A stretch of DNA of 64,000 bases, taken from positions 672,001-736,000 of the forward strand of contig OZ242214.1 of assembly GCA_965206595.1 (NCBI GenBank). Direction: 5' to 3'. This DNA comes from Candidatus Latescibacterota bacterium (lineage in GTDB: Bacteria; Latescibacterota; UBA2968; UBA8231). A program made the position numbers and the translations under genes. Below are positions 1 through 9,018 of the stretch, in pieces (the first letter of the stretch is position 1; each line of letters opens with the position of its first letter). The notes beneath the pieces are model-generated. The model saw only the letters and a program-made list of their open reading frames with translations, made no database searches and was not told the DNA's origin.

Positions 1-50
1 TCGAGATCTCGCTGTTTGATTGCTTTCTCAAGGTCTTTATTTCTGTCCAT
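1..50 (-). CDS. 5' end of an unidentified gene continuing off the window (MDRNKDLEKAIKQRDL...)
   Basis: Minus-strand AGGAGG 7 nt before ATG at 50; frame open to the window edge; co-oriented with the BREX operon. Confidence 0.5.
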   Translation of the reverse strand, partial: MDRNKDLEKAIKQRDL

Positions 51-168
51 TGCATCGCCTCCTTTGCCTCAAAGCCTTTCGAAATAAGTCCTTTGGAAAT
101 CGCCCTATCCCTTAATCTGTTTCCGCTTAGTTTCCAGTCATAGGGCCGATGCTTTGTCCCGCAGAGTG

Positions 169-1359
169 TCAATCAGCCGCTTTGCATGCGGGGAGGTGGC
201 GGTCACCTTCCAACCCGCCCCTCATCCAAAGTTCCCCGAGACTGTATCGCTCAAGCCAGCAGGCGAGCTCCTCTTTATCAAGGCGTTTCAACCCAGTTTG
301 TCCTTCACGTTTTTTGCATACGACGATGCTTTCGGGCATCTCTCTGAGCGCATCGACGATTATTTCCGAATGGGTGGTGACGATCAACTGGCACCGCTCC
401 GATGTCTCGCGCAGGATGTCGGCGAGGCCCGGAAGGATGTCGGGATGGAGACCCAGTTCCGGTTGCTCGATACAAACGAGCGGCGGCGGGTTCGGGTGGC
501 AGAGAATGGCGAGCAGGCAGAGGTAGCGGATGGTACTGTCCGATAGCCGCATGGGGGGAACGATGATGTTGCCCTCCTGGAGAATCACCTGGACGGTGCC
601 GCCCTCTATGATCACGTCGAAGTCCACGATGTCTTCGTAGAGATCCCGCAAGGCATGCAGGAACTCTCCCCTGGCCTTTGGTTCTCGTCTCAGACGGTTC
701 AAGACCAAGCCGAGGTTATGGCCGCCCTCCATCAGGAAATCGTTAGGCAGGGCGGCGTCCTGGGGCCGTTGCGGCGGCGTGTTCCGGCCGAAGGACCATT
801 CACGATACAGCCGTATGCGGGAGTACATGTCCCCGAGCCGAGTAAGTTCCGGGTAAAAATCGGGATCCCGGCGCTGGGCAAGCACGGACTGCTGGGGGTT
901 GAGGTCGCCGGTGCGCAACTGTCTCTGGATTCCGTCCTTGCAATTCAGGACCGCGTGGCCACCGTGCCGCTCGAAGTAGATACAGGGCTTGTCGTGGCCG
1001 GGATATGCTCTCTCGGTTTCTATCTGTTCGTCAGTCAACTCGAAACGTTGCCCCTTCTCCGTAAAGGTGAGGCGGTGGCGCAGGGCCTGATTGCCATTCG
1101 GGTTGTCCAGAACCGCCTCGACGTGAGCAGACCGTGCCTGGGGTTCCCCTTTCCATATCCAATCGCCGACACCGCCGCCGTCAATGATGGGCGTCGTCAA
1201 CTCCTTCGGCGCGGCTTTCAACAGCCCAATTGCCTCTATGAGATTCGATTTGCCGGACCCGTTCGGACCGATCAGCACGTTGAGCGGCCCGAGATCCAGT
1301 TCCTGCTCGTTCGGGCCAAACGAGAGTATGTTCTTGAGCTTGATTCGGTGCATGAACAT
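169..1359 (-). CDS. ABC/SMC-like ATPase (AAA_21-type) with degenerate catalytic motifs
   Basis: Walker A GPNGSGKSN, signature LSDST, Walker B/D-loop LVCIEQPELGLHP, H-loop IVTTHS; start MFMHRIKLKN chosen. Confidence 0.85.
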   Translation of the reverse strand: MFMHRIKLKNILSFGPNEQELDLGPLNVLIGPNGSGKSNLIEAIGLLKAAPKELTTPIIDGGGVGDWIWKGEPQARSAHVEAVLDNPNGNQALRHRLTFTEKGQRFELTDEQIETERAYPGHDKPCIYFERHGGHAVLNCKDGIQRQLRTGDLNPQQSVLAQRRDPDFYPELTRLGDMYSRIRLYREWSFGRNTPPQRPQDAALPNDFLMEGGHNLGLVLNRLRREPKARGEFLHALRDLYEDIVDFDVIIEGGTVQVILQEGNIIVPPMRLSDSTIRYLCLLAILCHPNPPPLVCIEQPELGLHPDILPGLADILRETSERCQLIVTTHSEIIVDALREMPESIVVCKKREGQTGLKRLDKEELACWLERYSLGELWMRGGLEGDRHLPACKAAD

Positions 1360-1422
1360 CGTGCTTGCTACCTCAACCAATCAGAACGGTCCGCGTTGCA
1401 ACCGGGGAAGTGATCACCGTGC

Positions 1423-3150
1423 TCACCCGGGCTGCCGAATCAGCGCGATCAGCGCTGCCGTAAATCCTGCGATTTCTTCCGGGGTCCCTTCGTTCGCGAC
1501 TTTTCGTAGCGCCCTTCCTATTTCTTTGTCATTGTCCTTGTGCATTGCCACGTAATTCACCGCACTTTGCAGGTCCAGCGGTTTTGACCCTGATGGTGTC
1601 TCCGGCAACGGCTGCGAAACCGTTTGATTCGGCATACGGTTGCTGTCCGTTTTTTGGCCGCTTGTTTCTCCCGGTTGAGGATCGCGGGCCACAGACGACG
1701 CATGCGCCGTGGACTGTGTTTCCGGACCTGCGTCGATTTCCGTGGGATGGACCTCGAGACTTCCGCGACGTTTGATCAGCAACGTCTGCCCCGTTTCCAG
1801 CCTGATCCACTGCCATTTGAAACCGCCGCTCGGAGGCCCAATTGGTTCACTCATCCCTTTGGCGCCACCCAAGCCCCGGACGTGCAGTGCTCCATCCTTG
1901 GTGCAAGTCAATGCGTCGGCGCGTGCATTCGGTGCCGACCAGTGCAGCAGGTCCGGATACCGATGCCCCTTTGGTTGGCCGCCCTCCGCGATCTTCGCCA
2001 ACCGGTCCGCCTCGGATCGAAACAGATCGGCATCGAGGACCTCGATTGGTGGATCCGATTCCGAGGTTACACCAAGGATCGCGCCCGCCATTGTCGCAAT
2101 GGTGTCGGTATCCGTACCAATTGCGTTAGCGGCCACGCGCAGGGCTTCCTCCGGCCGCGTTTCACACCATGTCAAACCCACCGCCGCAACTGCCGTGAGC
2201 ATGCCGCTACCTCGCCGTTCCGGCTTGCGGAGCCCCAGGCGATCAATGATCAGGGAGTAGGAGGAAGGGTCGGCGCTCGCAGGGTTCATGCCTGCAACTT
2301 GAATTGCCTCCCTGCACTCGACAATCGCCTTGGACCACGCCTCATCGAAGGCACCCGACTCCCGCTCGAAGGCGGTTCGCCAATAGCTTCCAGTCTCAAT
2401 GTCGCTCTGCATGATGTCAGGCAGGTTCGCGGCAACTTCAGTGACCGCCAGCAGGTCTTCCGGCGACGGATGGCGCCCGGTGGCCATGGTATGCGCGAGC
2501 GACAAGGCGTGAAGAACCGCACCTAACAGCCCGGTCGGATGGGAGTGGGTACAGACCGTGTTGCGGACCACGTCCGGAAGGAATTCCTCCGCCTCGAGCG
2601 AGCGCGCCGCCCACACATGCGGTTGAATCCGCATCGCCGCGCCGTTGCCGCCCGACTCGGTCCAACCTTTGAAACTGTTGGCAAACCACGATGTCCTGGG
2701 TTTGGTCAGGTTGAGCGCTGCGGCGCTGGTGGACTTTCCTGCACCAAGCGCATAGCCAAGCCATACCGGAAGTTCGACCTTGGCGAATGCCTCGACGTCG
2801 AAACCGTCGGGACGAATGGCCCGACCTGTGGCAAGACGCAATTGGGTGTCGTCGGAATAGCAGCCCACGGGAAGCGAAGCCGTGATGCCTGCGCGACCGC
2901 CGATCCGCCGCTTCCATGCGACAGGCTTGCATAGGGGCGCGCCGCCGGTTCGTCTTCTGAGTCCGGCCTCGTTGGTCATTTCACTGATCCACCCCAGGGC
3001 ATCGCCGTACGCGGCCCACAACGATGATCGCCGGATTTGGCCGTCTCGGCCGGCGACCTTGGTTGCCACATCTCGCGGCTGGTCGGGGACGCGGCTCACC
3101 GCTGTCGTGGCTCGGGCGTGGGGGTGACGTTCTGTAACGTGCGCATCCAA
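1423..3150 (-). CDS. ADP-ribosylglycohydrolase (ARH/DraG family) with C-terminal extension
   Basis: Motifs AYGDALGW, YSDDTQL, GNGAAMRIQP, THSHP, GTDTDTIATMAGAILG. Confidence 0.88.
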   Translation of the reverse strand: MDAHVTERHPHARATTAVSRVPDQPRDVATKVAGRDGQIRRSSLWAAYGDALGWISEMTNEAGLRRRTGGAPLCKPVAWKRRIGGRAGITASLPVGCYSDDTQLRLATGRAIRPDGFDVEAFAKVELPVWLGYALGAGKSTSAAALNLTKPRTSWFANSFKGWTESGGNGAAMRIQPHVWAARSLEAEEFLPDVVRNTVCTHSHPTGLLGAVLHALSLAHTMATGRHPSPEDLLAVTEVAANLPDIMQSDIETGSYWRTAFERESGAFDEAWSKAIVECREAIQVAGMNPASADPSSYSLIIDRLGLRKPERRGSGMLTAVAAVGLTWCETRPEEALRVAANAIGTDTDTIATMAGAILGVTSESDPPIEVLDADLFRSEADRLAKIAEGGQPKGHRYPDLLHWSAPNARADALTCTKDGALHVRGLGGAKGMSEPIGPPSGGFKWQWIRLETGQTLLIKRRGSLEVHPTEIDAGPETQSTAHASSVARDPQPGETSGQKTDSNRMPNQTVSQPLPETPSGSKPLDLQSAVNYVAMHKDNDKEIGRALRKVANEGTPEEIAGFTAALIALIRQPG

Positions 3151-3159
3151 GTGCTCGCC

Positions 3160-6100
3160 TCAACTGATTACAATGGGCCCTTGCTTCACTTCCTGCAGCA
3201 GATCCTGCTCCGTCTTCCTGACCCATGCGTTGACCTCCTCCGCCGTGCGCAGGGTTGGGCTCTCCAGTTTCACGTGACGGATCTCCGGCTCGACGAGCTT
3301 GTCCGCTTCTGCCCGGGCTTCCGCGAACAAGTGCGGGAGGGCCGCCGTGCGCGTCCGCCAGCCGTCGAGGGAAATGCGTCCGAGAGACTCCAGCACTTCC
3401 TGCTCGCTTCCGGTCGCGCCTGTCGATGCCTTCGAAATGTGCAGTCGCGCGAAGATCTCTTCGCGATATTTCGGCTCGATCCGGCCCCAGCTCTCCGTCT
3501 CTTTCAGGCGTTTCTGCTCCACTTCATATGTCTCGGCGTAACGCTTCTGAGATTCTGCTAGCTCAGTCCGCAGCGCATTTGTCAGATTCGCCGCGAGCCC
3601 GGGCACCGGGTCCGATGCGTCGAGCAGGCGCCGGTCAGCGACGATCGCTTCGATCTGGAGCTTCGCCTCCTTCGCTGGGTCCAGACCTTCGGCGTGGCGG
3701 GCAAGGGCTCGCAAGCGTTCGAACCCTGGAAGACGCTCGCTTCTTACCCTGCCTGCCTTGGTCCAGTCCTTGAAGTTAGCCGCGAGCTGGTCGTGCTGGC
3801 CCAGAACGGCCAGGAGCTGCTCGTTGCCGGCAAGCGACTGAAGGTCCGACAGATGGCGGGTATCCGGGCGCTCTGGCAGCGGGGCATCACCGCCCGCGTT
3901 CCGGGCAAGCTCCTCCAGCTTTTGCAACAACCGGCCTGCGGCCTCGGACTCCTCGTTCGGCTTGCACTCGATTTCCGCTGTCTGGAAGAGACTGCGCAGC
4001 TTCAGGCGCTGCCGGGTATCGATGGTAGCGCTCTCGATCCGGAAGTCGGTGTTCGCCACTTTCCCCTGATCGAGGCCCCGTGACTTCAGCGCCACGCCGT
4101 TCGCGGATGCCCGCAAGTGCCCGGTTTCAAAGAGGCTGATGAGGGCGGCGTCGATGGCGTCGCGCGGCCAGCCAAAGGGCGGACCGGAGAAGTGCGAACG
4201 GACCTCCTTTCCCTTTTTTCCGGAACCCACCGACTCCATCACGCCTGAGCACACCGGGTGCTCCTCGGTCTTGCCGCTGTATTCCAGGGCTTCCAGCGGG
4301 TGCTCCGCGCCCCGGCGGGCGCGCTCGATCACGTTCGGCCACCGGTGGTCGTCGGCGTCCCCGAAGCGGTGGAAAAGCCGGTCAAGGGAGGCATTCGCAG
4401 CTTCCGTTGTTTTCTCAGACAGGCTCAACTCCAATCGTTCATTACCTCCGCCCTGGAAAACTTTTGCGCCGTTGATGATTTCGGCCACCAGCGCCTTCTG
4501 CGCGTTCTCCGCCTGGGCGTGGCGGGTCTCCATTCCCTGGCGCGCCTCGGTGCCTTCGTCCCCTGCAGGCACGCCCTTGAAATCAAGCGTCTCCCTTGCG
4601 GCACTGCTTTCGGCGATGCGGCGGGCGAGTTCATCGGCGCGGGTCCTGGGCACGAAAACGTGGAGCACGGGGCTGTCAGGTCCGGCCGCGCGCGCGTCGG
4701 CGATCACGCTGCTCTCATCGGCTCCCCATCCATCCCGTATCCACACCGGGATGTCGAGGGCGCCTTCCGGCGGGGGCTCGGCACCGAAGTGCAGCGAGAG
4801 CTTCCGAGGCTCCTTGGACCTTCCGTGAGGCAGCCGCACGGACTTCACGGCATCCTGCACCGCGGAGCCGAGGAGCTGGCTGCGCCTGCTGCTCATGCTC
4901 GCCAGATCGTTGGCAAGCCGGCTCTGCCTGTTGCGGAACTCGGCTTCCCATTCGCTGCTCTCCCGTGTCTGCAGGCTGTACTCGTCCTCGAGCTTCATCA
5001 GCGTGCCCGCTTCCACTAGCTCCTGGAGGAGCGCCGGGAGCCGTCCGCGCAGGGCGGCCCCGTCCCTGGCCAGGTCCTCCACCAACAGATCCGCCAGCGC
5101 CTCGGCAGTGGCACGCACTCCGATGTCGGCGCCGGCTTCGCGCGGGAGCCTGCGGATCAGGAACACCAGGGCGCAGAGCCGGGACTTGAGCTCGCCATCG
5201 GAGGTGCCGTCCCGCAGCTTGACGATGGTCTCGTGAAGCTCGCGCAGCAGCATGCCGGAGTTCAGCAGGTTGGTCTCCAGCTCCTCGAACAGGAAGTTCG
5301 CCGACACCACCGTACCGAGCGGTTTATCGGCCGTGCGGCGGATGGCTTCGTAGACGATGTGCAGCTGCGTGCGCAACTGACCCGCCATCCCCGCGCGGTC
5401 GACGGCGCGCAGGGTGTGTTCCCAGAAGCGCCGGCGAACGGGAAGCAACGGGTAATCTTCCACCAGGACCTGCTTGTCCTCGCCGCGGGGGCTGATGCGG
5501 CTGCCCACGAGGTGACGGTCGATCTCTCCGGCGCTCGCTTCCATGGCAGCCTCGATGTTGTTGACACGGTCCTGACGTTTCGCCAGGACGACCCGCCGGA
5601 TCACGGTCTCCACGTCCTGGTCGGACAACTCCACGTTGATCCTGAAACGGCCCTGGAGACGCTGCAGCGCCGCGGTGCCCGACAACGCCGTCTGTCCGGT
5701 GCCCACGAAGAGCAGGCGGTCGCCGAACCGCTTGCTGCAGGCTTCGACCAGATCCTGGACGATATAGGAGCGGTCGGTGCCCTCTCCGATGTACTGTTGC
5801 ACCTCGTCGAGGACGATGACGGTGCAGGGCATCCCGCCGTCGGGAGCCAAGGTGTCCTGCAATGCGGCGATGAATCCGTCCGTGGTGATGTCATTTGGCT
5901 TTGGAAACTGGGCGCGCAACGCCGCCCTGGCTTCCCTTTCGCTGTTGGCGAAGCCGGGGTCCGCGGCGAGCAGTGCCTTGGCGATGAGCGGGCTCACGTA
6001 GAGGTCGTTCAGCTCACGCCGAAACTCCCGGCCTTCCTTTTCGACAGCATCACGTACCTGCTGGAAGATGTCCTCCTTCTTGAGCCAGAGGCAGAACTGC

Positions 6101-6600
6101 GCCTGGGGGTAGCTCTCGGGGAGTTTCGCGGATTTGAACACGATCCCGAGCAACGCGAGCCGGACGCTATCCCCGGCGCCGTCGAGCGTTCCGGCCGCGG
6201 CGTGCAGTCCATTCCCCCGCCGGCCGAGGGTGGAGATCTCGGTCAACAGTTCCTGCACGTCGGCCGGCAACCGGGCGAGGCCCCGGGCGTTGGCGCCGTC
6301 CTCGGGGAAGGTGTGGTCCGTCCACAGGAAGCGCAGCATCTTCGCCAGGTGCGACTTGCCGCTGCCGAAGAAACCGCTGATCCAGGCAGCCGGCTGCTCC
6401 GGCTGACCTTGGTGGCTGATGTAGGATTCCAGGATGCGAACGAGCCCGCTGCGGTACTGTCCTTCGCAGACGAAATGCTCCAGCTCGAAGCGGAGCGTGC
6501 GGCGCTCCTCGTCGGTGGCCGCGTCGGTCACGGCCGCGACGCCGTTGTTCAGGAGCGTGATCTTGTCGGGATCTTTCTGGTAGACCGCCCGGTTCTTCAT
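3160..6600 (-). CDS. brxC: BREX system P-loop ATPase BrxC
   Basis: 1146 aa; ELEHFVCEGQY, WISGFFGSGKSHLAKML (Walker A), IVLDEVQQYIG (Walker B), PPFGWPRDAID; follows brxA/brxB. Confidence 0.92.
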   Translation of the reverse strand: MKNRAVYQKDPDKITLLNNGVAAVTDAATDEERRTLRFELEHFVCEGQYRSGLVRILESYISHQGQPEQPAAWISGFFGSGKSHLAKMLRFLWTDHTFPEDGANARGLARLPADVQELLTEISTLGRRGNGLHAAAGTLDGAGDSVRLALLGIVFKSAKLPESYPQAQFCLWLKKEDIFQQVRDAVEKEGREFRRELNDLYVSPLIAKALLAADPGFANSEREARAALRAQFPKPNDITTDGFIAALQDTLAPDGGMPCTVIVLDEVQQYIGEGTDRSYIVQDLVEACSKRFGDRLLFVGTGQTALSGTAALQRLQGRFRINVELSDQDVETVIRRVVLAKRQDRVNNIEAAMEASAGEIDRHLVGSRISPRGEDKQVLVEDYPLLPVRRRFWEHTLRAVDRAGMAGQLRTQLHIVYEAIRRTADKPLGTVVSANFLFEELETNLLNSGMLLRELHETIVKLRDGTSDGELKSRLCALVFLIRRLPREAGADIGVRATAEALADLLVEDLARDGAALRGRLPALLQELVEAGTLMKLEDEYSLQTRESSEWEAEFRNRQSRLANDLASMSSRRSQLLGSAVQDAVKSVRLPHGRSKEPRKLSLHFGAEPPPEGALDIPVWIRDGWGADESSVIADARAAGPDSPVLHVFVPRTRADELARRIAESSAARETLDFKGVPAGDEGTEARQGMETRHAQAENAQKALVAEIINGAKVFQGGGNERLELSLSEKTTEAANASLDRLFHRFGDADDHRWPNVIERARRGAEHPLEALEYSGKTEEHPVCSGVMESVGSGKKGKEVRSHFSGPPFGWPRDAIDAALISLFETGHLRASANGVALKSRGLDQGKVANTDFRIESATIDTRQRLKLRSLFQTAEIECKPNEESEAAGRLLQKLEELARNAGGDAPLPERPDTRHLSDLQSLAGNEQLLAVLGQHDQLAANFKDWTKAGRVRSERLPGFERLRALARHAEGLDPAKEAKLQIEAIVADRRLLDASDPVPGLAANLTNALRTELAESQKRYAETYEVEQKRLKETESWGRIEPKYREEIFARLHISKASTGATGSEQEVLESLGRISLDGWRTRTAALPHLFAEARAEADKLVEPEIRHVKLESPTLRTAEEVNAWVRKTEQDLLQEVKQGPIVIS

Positions 6601-6614
6601 TGCCGATATCCTTC

Positions 6615-7172
6615 TCAGTCTTCCTGCGCAGTAATCGGAACCGCGAGGTAGTTCCAGCCGTCCCGTGCGTCCAGCAGGCGATAGTTGCCGTCTTCATACT
6701 CGCCGGGGAAGAACACGGCGATCCGGCCTCTGACATTCCCCTCTACCGCCTTCATCAGCTCCGACACCCGGACGAAACCGAAAAGGGAAGCAATGCCGTA
6801 GACCCCGACGACCGTGTGGTCATCCGCTTCCGGCCCCGTCAGCTTCTGGCGTACAAGTCCGGCCACGTGCGCCAGGAATTCGTCGTCGAGCTTGAGCTCC
6901 AGGTCTTGAGGGGACTCGAAGTAGCTGTCCCGGTAATCCAGGGCAGCCATCCACTCGGCGAAGGCAGCGGTCAGGTCGCATTCGATCCAGCGGTGCCCCG
7001 CCTCCTTGGTCGCCAGCTCGAAGAGGGTCATGCGCGCCCGCAGCCGCCGCTCGTCCGTCCTGTCGTACTGGATGAATATGGTGCGCTGCGCCCCCGCCAG
7101 ATCCTTCTGCCATGGAAGGGCGATGTAGCGTTTGTAGCACTCGGCGAGTCTGTCGATGCGCCCCACGATCAA
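6615..7172 (-). CDS. brxB: BREX protein BrxB (DUF1788-like)
   Basis: 185 aa; GIASLFGF, VFFPGEYEDGNYRLLDARDGWNYLA; directly upstream of brxC. Confidence 0.85.
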   Translation of the reverse strand: MIVGRIDRLAECYKRYIALPWQKDLAGAQRTIFIQYDRTDERRLRARMTLFELATKEAGHRWIECDLTAAFAEWMAALDYRDSYFESPQDLELKLDDEFLAHVAGLVRQKLTGPEADDHTVVGVYGIASLFGFVRVSELMKAVEGNVRGRIAVFFPGEYEDGNYRLLDARDGWNYLAVPITAQED

Positions 7173-7981
7173 TGCTCCCTGATGGTCCCGGCGATTCCCG
7201 TCGGAAAAGATACGTCGACCATAGCCCCGGACTGCTTGAGGTCGAGCAGTCCCAGGCGTTTTGCCGCCCAGGCCAGTTCAACAAGCTCATCGGCTCCTGC
7301 GTCCAGGACCGCGCACCAGGGCGTCTCGAACAGGAGGCGGCCTCGACGGCCCGACCCGAATCCGATCAGGAGCGCGTACACGGTGGCGGCGGGAGTCGCC
7401 TGCACGCGTTGCCTGGCCTTTCTGCTTCGGCCTTGCAGATGGCCGGATTGAGTCCAGGACGAGGAGGCGTTGCGCACGACCTTGTCGAGGATGTCCTCGT
7501 TCAAACGCTCCTCCGCGATTTCGGACAGGGAGTCCTTCATGGGTTGCCGGGCAAACTCGTGACCGTGCGGGGTGCGAAGCACGGCTTCCGCAGTGGCTCG
7601 AAGCAGCGGGTCGCGCGCCAGGGCAAGGAGAAGTGCCAGGAGAGGGCGGCTGGATTCGTGACGCGCCCACAAGTCCCTGAGGGCTCGGAACAGAAGCAGC
7701 CGCGGGTCGAGGCCGTAGAGTTCGCTGAGTCGCTGAAGCGAGAGCTTGCGCGTGGCCGATGTGCGCTTGCCCAGGCAGTTCTCCTCCATGATGGCGTGCG
7801 CATAGTCCCGGCGGGAGGCCTCGACCGGAGCCGCATCCAGCAGATCCGACAGCTCATCGAGCATGATCGTCCGGCTCGTATGGGTCCCCCGCTCACCGCT
7901 GCGGAATCCCCAGAGATCCGTCTGATCGGGTGGGAGCTTGGCGATATCACGCTCGAAATCGAGGTCCGAAATCGAATTCAT
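7169..7981 (-). CDS. brxA: BREX protein BrxA-like (DUF1819-like)
   Basis: HTSRTIML, ENCLGKRT, LYGLD, RNASSSWTQSGHLQGR; 4-bp overlap with brxB. Confidence 0.78.
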   Translation of the reverse strand: MNSISDLDFERDIAKLPPDQTDLWGFRSGERGTHTSRTIMLDELSDLLDAAPVEASRRDYAHAIMEENCLGKRTSATRKLSLQRLSELYGLDPRLLLFRALRDLWARHESSRPLLALLLALARDPLLRATAEAVLRTPHGHEFARQPMKDSLSEIAEERLNEDILDKVVRNASSSWTQSGHLQGRSRKARQRVQATPAATVYALLIGFGSGRRGRLLFETPWCAVLDAGADELVELAWAAKRLGLLDLKQSGAMVDVSFPTGIAGTIREH

Positions 7982-8173
7982 GGGTGGGAAGGTATCGTTT
8001 GATTTGAGGGCGTCAACTTTCGCCGGCTGGTTTGCCGGCGAGTTCGATGCGTGTAGTTCGGCCGCGAATCGACGGTAGTCGACTGCTTACGCGGAGGGAG
8101 TCGCGGTATCTTGCGAAATCCGGCCTGTTTATTGTATTAGAAGAGATGATGCAACAAGAAAGGAGACATTTTC

Positions 8174-8581
8174 ATGGCAAACCAAAAACATATCGAATGG
8201 CTCCTCGAGGGCGTTAATGCTTGGAACACGAGGCGCGCGAAGGAAGATTTTCAGCCGGATTTCGAGGAGGCGGATATTTCCGGGGAGTTCGGAAGAAGGG
8301 AAAAGCTCGGGGATGATGGACGAGTTTGTCTCCGGGGAATCAATCTCCGGGGTGCCGACCTTCGCAAAGCGGACCTTCACAGGGCGGACCTTCACAGGGC
8401 GGACCTTCACAGGGCGGACCTATGCAAAGCGGACCTTCACAGGGCGGACCTTCGCAAGGCCGACCTTTCTTTTGCGAATCTCACAAACGCCAACCTGACC
8501 GAAACAATCCTCATCGAAGCTGATCTCGTCTGGGCCAATCTATCGTATTCCCGGGTATGGAAAGCGAAGCTGTATGGATGA
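8174..8581 (+). CDS. Pentapeptide-repeat protein (probable N-terminal part of a split pentapeptide-FRG fusion)
   Basis: MANQKHIEWLLEGVNAWN start, A(D/N)Lxx repeats, AAGGAG RBS. Confidence 0.75.
   Translation: MANQKHIEWLLEGVNAWNTRRAKEDFQPDFEEADISGEFGRREKLGDDGRVCLRGINLRGADLRKADLHRADLHRADLHRADLCKADLHRADLRKADLSFANLTNANLTETILIEADLVWANLSYSRVWKAKLYG
8354..8473 (+). repeat. 15-bp tandem repeat (GCGGACCTTCACAGG-like, about 8 units) encoding ADLHR/ADLRK pentapeptides
   Basis: Near-identical 15-mers read directly; four exact GCGGACCTTCACAGG copies. Confidence 0.9.
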
Positions 8582-8990
8582 ATCACAGAATGACGGAATA
8601 GATCAGGCTAACAGCGACAAGAAAATCAGAAGCATCGAGGACTTGCTGAATGAGTGCCGTAACCTCAAAAAACGCTGCTCTGATGATGTCCAGCTCTATT
8701 TCCGCGGACAACGCCGCGATTCGTGGGAGCTGCGTCCCTCCGTTATGCGGCGTTTCAGCTTTCGCGAAAATGAAAGCGAGATGCTGAACGAACTCATGAC
8801 ACGTCAGCCAGAGGCGTTCAGCGGTCTGACATCAGCTTTCTCACAGTGGGTACTTGCGCAGCATCACGGACTTAAAACGAGGCTTCTGGATATAACCCGT
8901 AATCCGTTGGTCGCTTTATTCAATGCCTGCGAAGATGATATTGACAAGGACGGCCGGTTGCATGTCTTCGCTGTTCCCCGGGCTCGATGA
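8574..8990 (+). pseudogene. FRG domain, C-terminally truncated
   Basis: LYFRGQ, WELRPSVMR, AQHHGLKTRLLDITRNPLVALFNAC; stops before the usual RIxAQxG segment. Confidence 0.75.
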
Positions 8991-9018
8991 AGCCGCCTCG
9001 GCAATCACACAGCTATTC

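Noticed and set aside
8354-8473. Tandem repeat as a CRISPR array
   Set aside because: 15-bp units without spacers, in frame within a pentapeptide-repeat ORF; no cas genes
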